From Bigelowiella natans CCMP2755 (lineage: Eukaryota; Protista; Cercozoa): a stretch of DNA of 64,000 nt. Position 1 is the first letter of the stretch. Each line of letters opens with the position of its first letter. The notes beneath the pieces were generated by a model. It made no database searches, was not told where the DNA came from, and worked only from the letters and a program-made list of their open reading frames with translations. This document shows, in pieces, positions 1 through 12,394 of this stretch. The DNA lies in contig ADNK01002140.1 of NCBI GenBank assembly GCA_000320545.1, positions 62,001 to 126,000 on the forward strand, written 5' to 3'. Made by a program: the position numbers and the translations under genes.

Positions 1-63
1 AGAAGATTGTGACATTGCTCTGAAGCAGATGCACCCCCATCCATCATTTGAATAAACATCTAG

Positions 64-3000
64 GTATCCGAATCATAAGATCTTCTTGCAAGACCTGCGC
101 CAGATTGGTGAAAATGCGAAAACGTACAATGATCGTAACAATCCAGTGCATCAGTACGGAGGGAGACTCATCTCAAAAGTCGCCAAATGGAAAAGAGAAG
201 TTGGAAGCCAGTGGCGGAAAGAAAAGGAAAGAGAACGAGGTGATACACAAATGAATGGATGAATAGTAACATTTACGATGAAGATGACGACGATGATGAT
301 GGTGATGATTTTGCTCTGCTCCTATTGCTTCATAGGAATAGTCCGGCAGCCCCCAAAGCGAGGCAAGGTCTCCAAGAAAACAACACCCAAATCTTCAAAA
401 AAGAAGCAATATTTTCGCGCTGATCCTGCAACCCTGATAAGAAGGGTTGATGCGGCAGAATTGGTACAAAGATTGACGGAAGAGAAAGAAGCTATTTGGT
501 TTTTGAAAAAGGTTGATGAGGTCACACATGGCGCACCAGGATACTACCAAAAAATTACGCAGCCGATGTACCTTGAAAAAGTACTCAGCATAATAAAAGG
601 AAAGGAACAGCCTCCAGCACAGATACCGACAATATCGGAAGAAGAACGAAGACAAATAGACTCTGCAATGTCGTCGTCCTCGTTGTCTGTTAAAGAAGAG
701 ATCGTTGCAAATGGAAATGAAAACAAAGGGGATGGTAGTAATGAGGATTGGAAGAAGATGTACATATCAGCGCTGCTGTTTCAGGAAACGGTCAACTTAA
801 TCTGGACAAATTGCATCAAATTCAATGGAAAGTCTTCGTCTATAGCTGCTTTTGCATTTTCTATGAAAAAGAAGTTCATAGCTGGCCTAACGGATATCAT
901 CATCTCTCCAAGAGGAGGAGGAGGAGGAGGAGGAAACTTGTCATCGTTGTCGAAGAAAAAACGTTTGTTACCATCCTCCACTTCATTAGGGGATTCTACA
1001 AAGCACAACTCTGTAAAGACAGAACCCGCTAGCAGCAAGATAACATCGATCTCCACCACCATACACGAGCACGGAAAAAATCATTTAAAATCAGCAACAG
1101 TATTATCAAAGGGGGGAGGGGAAGAGGAGGAGGACGACGACGAATCTGATAGTGATGACGACGAAAACGAGCCAATCGATCTCCTCGGAACAACCAGTAG
1201 CAATGGCAAGAGGGAGAAGAAGAAGAAGAAGAAACAGAAGAAGAAAAGGAAGAATTCGAAAGACGAACATCCAAAAGCTGCTGATGGTGCTCTTGGTAAC
1301 GGCAGCGGTGTCCCAGGGCGCAATCATGGAGCAACAGAAAGCTCATCAGCAGCAGGAATAACAACAGTATCATCCTCTTCTAATAATACAGCTATCTCTC
1401 CTCCTCAAGGAGGAGATGATCATAAGCACCAGAATCAGCATGGCAATCTTCCACCACTCGAGAGTAGTCCTTCATCTCCTCTCACCCCCCGTTGGGTTGA
1501 AGAGGCCAAATGGGTTCTCACTATGTTGAGCAATTACGAAACCTTTGGATGTAAGATTGCCGGTGACTTCAGCTTCAAGATAGACCCCATCCAGCACAAC
1601 CTGCCAAACTATCTTGATTACATCAAAAAGCCAATGGACCTAGCCACTATCTCCACGAACCTCAACACCGGCAAATATGACTCACTGGAAGCCTTCCACG
1701 CTGATGGGAAGCTGGTATTCAAGAACGCGATCAAATATAACAAGAAGACGGATAAACGCAACTCCGTAATTAGCGTGGCAGCGCATCTTCTTAAGAACGA
1801 ACTCAAGTTGCTCATCAATATCGTCAAGAAGAAATTGGAGAGAGAGGAGAGAGGGGAACTCGGTGATGATACACCGGTGCCTCTGTGGGTTGAGAAGGCT
1901 CTTCAAGTGGTTAGAAAATGTCCAATTCTCAGCTTTGCGAAACCGATGAACCCCTTTCAATACAGAATGAATGACTACTTCGTGGTCGTAAAAAAGCCTA
2001 TGGATTTCGACTCGTTACGGCGTCGTTTAAAAGCACATTTCTACGATGGCGTCGGCATTTCTGAGAATGAAGGTAGGAATGCCTTCATCGAGGATGCAAA
2101 GTTGGTTTGGAACAATGCACGCTTGTATTGGTCGGAAGAACATAGACACATATGGCCACCAGGCAGCAGCGAGAAAGAAGTGAAGCATATACGACAAACG
2201 GCAGATACTCTAGAGAGATACTTCAATTCCAAATTTATAGCAGCAGGAAGGGAAGATAGCTTCAGCAGGAGTATCAGCATTAGCAGTGGCACCAAGAAAA
2301 GAGGCGGATCATTCACCTCTAAAAAGGTGAAGGAGTCAGGAGGAGGGGAGGGAGGGGGTGGTACTAGTAAGTAGTAGAAAAATAGTTTTGTCATTATTGA
2401 AAATGATGATGGTGTTGATGATGATGATGGTGACATTGATAAAGATGATAATTGTTGCTCTCATAATAACAGGGAAATGGTGCTATTGATGGTAGTACTG
2501 TAAATGAAAAGCATCTACGCATCCCTTCTTCCGCTTCTTCTCCAACTCAGAAAAATGGCAGCAGCGGTTCTCTTCGAAGGCGCAAAAGCCCTTCAGGAAG
2601 AGCATTTGGTGGTGGTGGTGCTGGTGGGGGCTCCTCAGAAATGGTGTATGGTGTTGATGACGACGATCCTGACGACCTAACTTACGAGCAACCCAAAAAG
2701 AAGAAGAAGAAAAGGAAGGCTTCACCACTGTCAAATCGTGCACGACCCGCTCCTTCTCCAGCCCGGATTCGTGATACGAAGCACGGAATTAGTAGGAGCA
2801 GTAGTAATAGTGTCTACAACTTCCAAAACCTGCCTCCTCACCTGAGGTGGGAACTAGAGGAAAGGCCTGAAGCCAGAATCAAGCTAGGAATTTCGAAGCC
2901 TGATCGTTCTGCATTATCGAAGTATATGATGTCCTCCTCCTCCTCCTCCTCATCTAGTAAAAAATCTGTAATATTGTCCCTACTACTTCTGGGAGATGGT

Positions 3001-5406
3001 ATTGGAGGAGGGATCTCTTCCAGCAGCTCAGGAGGACCAGAAGGGGCTGTTCAGAGATCATCAGGAATCAATGCATTCTTTCCTTTTTCTTCTCCTCAAC
3101 ACCGTCATCATCATCCTTACACCACCAGCAGTAGTAGTAGTACCAAAACTTCGACACGAAAGAAGAAGAAGAACAAGAGTTATCATAAAATTACTACTGC
3201 TGCTGCTGCTGCCGGTGGAAAATTGACCCCAATCAGCTTCAGCTTTGGAGATACAACTGCTACGAATGATAGAATAAATGCAAGGAACGTTGAGACCACG
3301 GCCAATCATCAGTCTGGTGAGACGATGGTTGTTGGGGAAAAAAGGCCAAGGAGCAGCTTGCATCAAAAAGCAATCAAACAGCGAAAAGGGACGAAACGGA
3401 GGGGGGGAGGCAAGATGGAAAGAAGACTAAAACCCCCTCCTTCTCGTATAGCGAGACTGTTCCAGGAACCGAGTAGTGAGGAAGAGCAGGAGGACAAGGG
3501 GGATTACGGGAATAGCAAGATGAAAAAGGGACTTCAAAAAGAAGAAAAGGAAGTTGAAAAAGAAAAGAGAAGATCGGCTGTTAGCATGAGCATAGAGGAG
3601 GGGGAGAAGAAGACCCACCAATTAGAATCAGCTGCTTGTAGTAGTAGTAGTAGTAGTACCAGCACCAATACGAATAGACAAAGGGCCCTGCTGCTATATA
3701 CTGGTGGTGGTGGTGGTGGAAAAGGGGGAGAGGGGCCTTTCTCCTCAGCATCCTTCAGAATCAACGTCGGCGTACCGCTATTTCCGACAAGCAGACTTCT
3801 TAACAACTCCAAGGTGGCATTATCGTATTTGGTGTTTCCTTCGTTGATTGGAGCAGCCTCAGCCCTGTATCCTGATCAAGTGGAATCGTTCCTATCTACA
3901 CTGGCTAGGCAAGCCCGCTCCTCCCTACCATCACTGGAAGAAGCAGCAGCAGATAGGTCGCAAGAAGTAGTGTCAGAGGACTCCTCGTCATTATCTTTGA
4001 CTATGACAAAAAGTGCGCATGGCCTTGTGCGCAAGGTGATCACGATGTCGCTGGTTATGCAATCGCTAAACTTCATGGAGGTTAAAGGACCAGCAGCACA
4101 AATGGCGTGGAAGAAGACGAAGGAGGAGAAGGAGGAGGGGGGGGAGGTCAAAGTTGGGACGACCCGCCTCTCCCGCCGACTACAGCTATGGACGCGCATT
4201 ACACGAACAGCTTTCGGTGAATTCATCCTGTACAATCCAGCGGCGAATGCGAGCACATCTTATGATAGTGGGAGTGGTGGTGGTGGTGGTGGAGAAGGAG
4301 GAAGAAGTCATGCTCAGGATGATGATCATAATAATGGGAGTGGTGATGAGATGGAGGAGGACTACTACGACGAGGAGGAGGAGGAGGAAGAGGAGGAAGA
4401 AGAGGAGGAGATGGGAGAGCGTGCCGACGGTATTGTAGGACCTTCTTACTCTTCTGGTGATGCTTTCTCTTCTTCTTCTTCTTCTTCGTCTTCTTCTTCT
4501 TCTTCTGTTCGTCTTGAGCTTATATCTGTCTTCCTAGCTAAAACATCAATGCAGAAGGAGGCGAAGGAGGAAGAGGAAGATCATCAACAAACACATCAAT
4601 CGCCCCCCGCACCGGACTTTGCCTCTATCCCCTTCTCCCCTCACCAGAAAGAGCACCGTGCAGCAACCGAAGCTGAGATATGCATATTCAACGTGAAACA
4701 ACCTGGGCGCCATTATGGTTGGATGCGGCAGTTGCAAGGCCGATTAGAGGCAGCAGCAGCCAGAATGGCTGTGGCGAGAGGAGCGGCTGATGGTCTAGAC
4801 ACACATGCAGACCCCGTCCTTTCGTTCCCGGGTATCCTCACCGTTTTGGAGCAACTTAAGACTTACGACATCTCGCCTTCAGAGCTTCACTGGCACGAAA
4901 AGGGCTTTTACTTCGTTGAACAATCTCTTGGGAATCGAGAGGACGATGACGTGACCGACCGCAGTAGTAGTTGTAGTAGTAGCAGTAGTAGTAGTAGTGG
5001 TAGACATAGTATGATGTTCCCGGTAACGGGTGTGCATATACTGTATATGCTGCCCACACACAAACAAGACATGTCACCTGTGCTTCAAATTGGAGGTGTA
5101 AGATATGTGCAAGGAGACGGCGGCGGCAACAAAAGAATAAGGAGTAGCAGTAACAGCAGCTGTAGTAGTAGCACTTATTATGTGGAAGAGACGCCTTACG
5201 CAGTAGGAACCATTCAAGCAGCTATACGTGCTTGGAAAGCGAAAGAATGTCTGAAGAAGATAATGGAGCAGCAGCATAACAATGAAGTAGTACAAGCCAT
5301 TGAGGAACCCGCGAATTCAGAGAAAAGTATTGACCCTGCTCATATTGAAGGCGTCGAAGAACAAGCTGATAGGAAGAAAATGGAATATGAGGAGGTTGCT
5401 GTTTGA
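64..5406 (+). CDS. Multi-bromodomain chromatin protein (5' end lies outside the window; spliced)
   Basis: Exon 64-239 reads YPNHKIFLQDLRQIGENAKTYND (bromodomain C-terminal half). ORF 278-2374 holds three more bromodomains (PGYYQKITQPMYL...NCIKFN; LPNYLDYIKKPMDL...NAIKYN; DYFVVVKKPMDF...NARLY). After a GT..AG intron (~2367-2472) the frame from 2473 joins the 921-aa ORF ending at 5406. Confidence 0.85.
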
Positions 5407-5950
5407 AGATAAACATTGTAGTCAGCACGTCTCATTCGTCATGGTTGATAATAATCTCAGCGTTGCACTCCAAAGTTTTTTATTGATGATGTGATATTCG
5501 TAGTTCCTGTCTAAGAGGTGTGCATGCGCCAAGTTGCATATTTGTCTTACGATATTGTAGGAATTGCAAAAACAATCGTGGTAACTGTGTTCGCGCCCAT
5601 TCACAGCTCACAGCATGTATGTCTATCTAGCTGTGTTTCATAGCTGCATGTGGCGGAGATTTGACACTAACGGCAAATACGATGAAGCATATCTAGATAT
5701 GGGTGCCGCCTATGTATGTGCGTATGTGCGTATGACATTTCAATTTGTTGACCATACTAATCTACCGTCGATCATGGCAATCAATGTATAAAGACAGAAT
5801 GTCTATATAAATGCGCATGAAGCCGATGCCAGCTAGAAGAAGTTGACTTGGCACACTACTGTGCCGTGCACTATGCATGTAGCAGCGACTAGCATGCGAT
5901 ACACATACATAACAGCGAAAGGCTTCGCTGATGCGTTGTACGTTATGTGA

Positions 5951-7992
5951 TTAGTTCGATCGCACGCGCGCTCCAGATGCTGCAGTGAGACGTCGCGCAG
6001 CAAAGGCAACGAGATACCAATTTAATTCCATTACGATGTATATTCTGTAAAGATAAACTTCATAAATGCTGAACCATGATACACAATAGATCAAACAATT
6101 TTCAGTCAGGTCAGCTTGAAAGCAAACCGAATTGATGAGAAGGTGGCGATATGCTTGGAAGACTACTTTGGTCTTCGTTCCTATCAACGAAAAACATAAT
6201 TAGATTCCCTCCAATTTTTACACCATGTGCATTAGAGTGACAAAATAATATAATTTCTACATATTTCTTTAATCATACTCTCCATCCTCATCACGAATTG
6301 CCAATGGCGGAAGATCCGGTGGTGAGCCTCCATATCTAAATGTTACATAGTAACGAATGCAATGTTTACTGGTCTTCGACTGGTAGAATTTCAGCAATGG
6401 AACCATTATATCTGGCATATATTCTAATATAAAAGCACATCGACACTGTTTCATTACTCTGTAAGTCCGAGACCAGTCTTGCCCATGCAATATTTGTCCA
6501 AGTAGATGATCGTTGAGCACACGTATAAGGTGATCAGCACGATGCCAATATCCCGCACTAACTGGAACCCTTAGCAACACGATAGAATGCCACGTTACAA
6601 ATCATTGACATTGCCATTTTTTTCCAAAAGCATCATCTAAGTGCGATTGTGACAAGGTAGCGTATAATCTATACCAGCGATCATATCGTCACATCCCCCA
6701 TTACTTCGGTTATCGCCACTTGCACAGTATCTAAATGTAAAATTGCACCATTACTGCATCATTACTGCCCAAGGTAACTCATTACAAGTTTGGATATACC
6801 CGCTCGAAGATTTCTGGAGATCCTTCAAAAATTCAATCTGAAAGGGAGTTAGTAATGGAACAAGATATTGTTTCAGGTGGTGGAAGACAAAGATATGCAT
6901 ATAAATCTCTTGGTGGTGACAATATTTTGAAGTAATTTCTTTCATTATCATCAAATCATGATTGTTAGCACCATTGTGTAATAACTGACCACTGCAACTT
7001 CAATATATACAGAGAATACGGAAGATAAAAATGCAATTCCAGCCCCAGCAGCCTTTATTAAAAATGTCACATTACTGTAAACGAATTCGTCGAACAGATA
7101 TCTAAGATGTTAAAATTGTAGGATATCGCACCAGCAGTTCTTTCAGAGCATTTTCAAACGATTTGAGGAGGCTGGAGTATGAAATATTGATGATAAATTT
7201 TAGCTCCCAATACTTTATACAGCAATGCAGAAGGTCTTTCTCACCATAATACTCCAAGAAGAAAATGCGAGAGGGCAATAAGGCTGTGACAAACAGCAGA
7301 GACTTGGAATAGTGGATCGATTTCTCCATACGTATAATTGTGGCGATTTTCATCACTCTGGATCAAACAGATAAAATATTTGAATACTCATTTTCCAGTG
7401 ATTGTGTTCAGATAATGATGCACTCGTTATTGTCGGTTTATTACTACAGTAAAAAAAAAAGAGACATAATTCGATAACACCTGCATCTTTTTCCAACCTT
7501 CCTTCGCTGTTAGATGTCCTGCAATCTGTGTCAGGGTTACGATTAATGCAAGAAAAGCCGAAAACGACATTCCGTATCTCATTCCAATCTTTGTTCCTTG
7601 ATCGCTTTCCGGGAATAGATTACTTCCGCCATATAGTATGTGCACCCCAAGAGGTTTTGAGGATTCAGCAAGGTTTGTCGCCATTGGCAAGTTCCTCAGG
7701 ATGTTAATGTTGCAAGCGGTTGATTGAAGGAAGTGCAGAGAAACCAAGCTGTACGATTGAATGCGTCTTGTGCACGAGCAGTAGAAGCCCGGGGAGTAGA
7801 TACAAAAAGGTACGGTTTAGAGATTTGTTCGTTCAACGCTACTACTGACTCATCCTCTGATGTAGAGGAGGGGGGAGAGGAGGAGGAGGACGACCAATCT
7901 CAGCCGTTGTGTTATGGTGATGATCAATCAACCGGTGTGTCAGCCGTTGTACTATTCTCAGCAATGTTGTAACTGATCACTTCATTCAACAT
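5951..7992 (-). pseudogene. Fragmented or spliced ORF set of unknown function, possibly a transposase relic
   Basis: Collinear protein-like minus-strand ORF pieces (7427-7747, 7102-7356, 6751-6954, 6269-6580, 5951-6187) with some GT/AG boundaries. No confident family; contains YWHRADH. Confidence 0.35.
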
Positions 7993-8089
7993 GTCACGTG
8001 GGATTTTATTAATGCGACAACAATCCTACACTATTGTCAATCACAGGATATTTTGTTTCGGCGACAACTTCTATTGCATGACTTAGATG

Positions 8090-9300
8090 AAGATGCAGGG
8101 ATGAACGTGATGAAAAACACCGAAGGGGGTTTGGGCACGCCCCGACAGGAACAGCTCAATTGAACACCCAAGCCTGGAGTGATTCATTCATTCCTTTTCC
8201 CCTTTCCGGGGAGGACACGGATGAGTCAGCGTGTCCTATGATTTTTCCAACCGTTCCATTGGAAACATTTTTTCCTTTCTTTCTTTCCTGCGGGAGATTG
8301 ATCACACAACAAGTGAAATCACTTGTTTCCTTCGGCGCGACTTTCTTTCAAGTGGAGGGCCGGGCGCGAACACCCGGTTGCCGTCCCGATCGTGCGCGAG
8401 CGAGCTCAGTGTCGCTAGGTCGTACGCATGCATGCGTCTCTGCAGCATCAGCAAGCGTCGTGTGCACGCGTCGATCGATGATGGGCTCTCGATTGTCACA
8501 GCGACACGCACAATGAACAATGACGTGTCGCACTGCTGACTGTGCACTCTGGACACGCTGGGTGCTTGCGCACACAAGCCCATGACAACAAAACGAAGAC
8601 GCTGCTGTCGCATGCACTGCAGTCATGCACTTGGTTGCAATGTAGCAAAATGATGGACACGGCCATGCACGCACGTGCATGCCACACGCGGTGTGTCGTC
8701 GCGTCCACACAGACACGCGTGTTGGATCGACGCACGTCATCTTCGCGCATGTCAAGCAAAACGTAGCGGGGTGACAGCTGCGAAACTGATGTTCATCACA
8801 CCCAGCACAAGCAGGCGAAAAGCGCATCGCATGCAAGTGAGCTGCGCCGGCATTGCAAGTGCAAGCATGCACGCGTTTTTTTCGCGCGAGCTCTTCGCAA
8901 TGGTCATTGTGAACACACTGACAAGATTGTGTTTTGACCATTTGAAAATGTTCAGTTTTTGCCACATCGGCTGAAATCATGCCCATGATGAAAATGACAC
9001 CTGAGAATCCACATCACTGCACCCAGCTAGCCCAGATCGACCACTGCGACCACCACAAAAGATGGTCTGGGTGCAGTGATGTGGATTCTCAGGTGTCATT
9101 TTCATTTTGGCATCATTTCAGCCGATGTGGCAAAAACTTAACACTTTCAAATGGTCAAAACACAATCTTGTCAGTGTGTGTGCTGTGTGTTCACAATGAC
9201 CATTGCGAAGAGCTCGCGCGAAAAAAACGCGTGTATGGCTCATGCTTGTGTTTTGCGACAACGGTTCAGGCTGCTTCTCGCCATTGAGTTCATCTTCAGG
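8090..9300. other. TpA-depleted island A (repeat/TE-derived)
   Basis: Hand count 8 TA dinucleotides in 8101-9300; rich in TG/CA/CG; contains the long inverted repeat. Confidence 0.9.
8866..9237. mobile_element. Foldback/MITE-like long inverted repeat (~160-170 bp arms, 40 bp spacer)
   Basis: 8866-9026 is the near-perfect reverse complement of 9067-9237 (e.g. acgcgtttttttcgcgcgagctcttcgcaatggtcattgtgaacacac vs gtgtgttcacaatgaccattgcgaagagctcgcgcgaaaaaaacgcgt), with one 11-nt indel. Confidence 0.85.
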
Positions 9301-9697
9301 TGTTGAAATTTTGGTTGTCTATCGACTAGGACACGATCAAACTAATGTACGAACTGAGGAACTGAATTGCACCGAAATTGCCAGAAAATTCTGAAAACGC
9401 CCCATTTCAAACCATGAAATATCGCACAAATGTGGACTTTGCATGAGTTTTGGACCGCTATGTCATGTCATCGAACCGATTGCAATCATGTGGCATGGTG
9501 GCTAGGTGCGATGCAAGCAAAAAATGCAGCAAAGTGCGGCGGCATCATTCTGAACCATGAAAATTCCCGGATTTCTCCTAGTTGTGAGATGATGCAAACA
9601 ATTGACAAGTCGCAATGACAAAGAACTACACACTAAAATCACGTAGCACGATGTCTGCATCTGAATTTGAAGCTGTAGCATTTTTCTTTCATCAATA

Positions 9698-10485
9698 CTA
9701 AAAATGCTGAGAAGCAGAAAAATTCGTTGGCATTTGCCCCCAGGTTTCCGATCCTTTTTTATGCAATTTCTTTTGCTTGAACAGGTGTGAACTTTCCGTA
9801 ATCATGGGCATGAATAGGTGCGATAAGTATTCTGGTATCCAGAAAACACAACGTGAAGATGTGCATTGAGTTTGTAAATTATGAAACTGTGAACTTACTT
9901 GCGTTAAAGTCAGCGCCACCACAGTTCCTCATACTAAACCCCTCTTCGTTTAGCCTTTCTTCAAGACGTTTAATAACATCGGAACGGAGAACGGGTGGCA
10001 GTTTCCGACAATACAATGCCAAATCTTTCATCTTGAGGATTTTTTTCTCACCATATTCTTGACTTCCGATTTTCGGATTCGCTAGGAACCTTAAAACACC
10101 TCCCCTAGCATTTTCACCAGCATGAAAATAAATTAACACCGATCACTAAATAACAGTAATGAAAACCTACATGACAACATCTATTATTTTGTCCAGCTTG
10201 AAGTGAGAATGTCCCTTATCATCTTGCTTCACCAACTTATGCTGACAAGAGATCCAAGTGAAACCAATCCAAAGTTACAGGTCTAATAATTTTCCTACCC
10301 ATATTTGGTCCATAGTCCAAGGTTCTAGCCGAACAACTTTGTGCTTTGCGAAGAAAAATTCAGTGGCACTTTCCTGTTTGCGCTCACGCTCATCCTCGTC
10401 GAATCCAATGTGCTTGGATCCGGCAAAAGCGCTTATTCTCCTATTAGAAAAACTTGAAGAAGACCTAAATTTTGATGGCGTATAG
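9698..10485 (-). CDS. Probable spliced gene or gene fragment, unknown function
   Basis: Collinear protein-like minus-strand segments (IGFDEDERERKQESATEFFFAKHKVVRLEPW; KMKDLALYCRKLPPVLRSDVIKRLEERLNEEG; CVFWIPEYLSHLF). Confidence 0.35.
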
Positions 10486-10638
10486 ATATTTGATTTATGT
10501 TAAATGTTACTTTCAACTTTTAGTTTTGTTTCAGCAGGAAATATAAAGAGATATTCCATACGCTTGGTTCGTCTTCGCGTCCTTTGTGCTGCTCATGGTT
10601 GACTTTGTGTTCTGCAGATCCAAATAGATGAGATAAGC

Positions 10639-11231
10639 ATGGCCGAATATATAACTTCAACCAAAATCTATCATTACTATCTTATTGATCATATGATAAT
10701 GGTGGTTATGCCGATGATGATGATGAACGAGAGCAGGGATGCAATTAAGAAATATTCTGCATCCTTGGGTCATATACCCCTCGAAGGAGCTCTCAAATTA
10801 GATAGATGCATCAAATATGAAAGGAAGTATTGGATTTCATACCAGCCAATGATATGGAAGGCTTGCAAAACAATCACAAGCTGCCTTGAAACAATCCTGG
10901 CCAGCAGCTCGAAAGTGGATAAACTTTTAGCGACGAACTTGGAATTTTTCCATGCGTGTGTGGCGGACGAGAAACTGTCGAGTAACCGACAACAAACGGC
11001 AGTACAGATATATTATTATTTTTGCAGAAACCCCCTTCCAATGTTATCCTACGACATCTATTCAATGATATTTTACTTTGTCCTTTTTTTATTTTACGTC
11101 GAATCATTGTTCGTCAGCAAGGTGTGGATGATGTGACTGGAACTTTCGTATTTTTTTTCCCTACGAATGATGCAACGAACACAACGTGGGAGAGAGTGAT
11201 GACACGATGGATGATTTTATTTTACTTTTGA
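10639..11231 (+). CDS. Possible exons of an unknown gene
   Basis: 165-aa ORF with a helical-looking core (DAIKKYSASLGHIPLEGALKLDRCIKYERKYW...). No family recognised. Confidence 0.25.
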
Positions 11232-11650
11232 TGAAAACATGGCAAGTAGTATTGGGCAGCAATCAATCTGCGAAATGTGCTTTTTTTCGTGAATTCCTGG
11301 ACGATTCACATCTGCGTCTACGTATGGTAGTTTATTGATTAGAGTTGTCGTATAGTCTAAATACCAGATGTTATCATAGGTGCGACATGGTTTTGGCAAA
11401 CCTAAACAGAACAGGACAGGACAGGGCAGAAGGAAGGCCGAAACTCGAATGAGGGCATGGTAGGAGTACCGATGACTCCGTGAGGACGCTTGGAGAAGAA
11501 GAACGAGTTGGCTCCCTTTTATTTCGCAAAGGGACGAATTAGAATAAGGGCACAACGCACGAAGAAGCTCCTCTCACTCGTCCCAATGTGCGATTAAGGC
11601 TTCGATCTGAATCGGCAAATTATTACGGACTGGCTGCGAATTCAGGAAGC

Positions 11651-12359
11651 ATGCTCAATGTCTTCCTTCCGTTGATCGTGTTGGTTTTATTTTCTCCTCT
11701 AAGTGTTCTCAAAGCCCAAGGTAGCGATTTAGTGTCTTTCACTCTAAAGCTTCGACCCGCAGCGCGGTAGATACATGACATACCTTCAAATAATTCATAC
11801 AGCAGTGATTTGTGAGCAACTAAATGTGGAGGGAAGCACGGCATTTCCAGAGCTTATGGGAACATACATGCGCAAAAAATCATTGCATCAACTTCGTCCT
11901 GATGACTCGGATATTGGGCTGCTGCGGCCTGTCTATCAGATTCTAAAGCCACCGGAAGAAGAAAACCAAGGGTGTTAATTAATTAAAATGCTAGGAAATG
12001 CATAACAATATCACACATTTTGTATGTCTAATTATCGAAATCAGGTTCATATTTCATCAACATGGTGCGTGGTACATCGGAATGAATAGCAGCAGTTGGG
12101 AGACAGTGTGTGGGATAGCTGTCAGGGACGAAGCTCGATCTCCTGAAAGAGTAATAGTAAATGTAGTAACGATAATAGTCCACCAACAATATCAACCCTA
12201 TCTAATATGAATGACGTTGGTTGGTGGTTGTATTGACCTCCTTCTTTTGTTGCCTTCTCCTCCTTCTCCTCCCTTGATTCCAAGGTTAAGCATACATGGC
12301 AGGAAATGGGTCCATACTCAGGCCATTGGAACCCAATTTCTTCTATAAAAGTCTCTTGC

Positions 12360-12394
<35 letters not shown>

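Noticed and set aside
8160-9394. Many overlapping Cys/His-rich ORFs on both strands (also at 42520-43485, 49832-50790 and 62829-63564)
   Set aside because: Artefact of TA loss: removing TAA/TAG stops lengthens ORFs, and Tyr codons become Cys/His codons.
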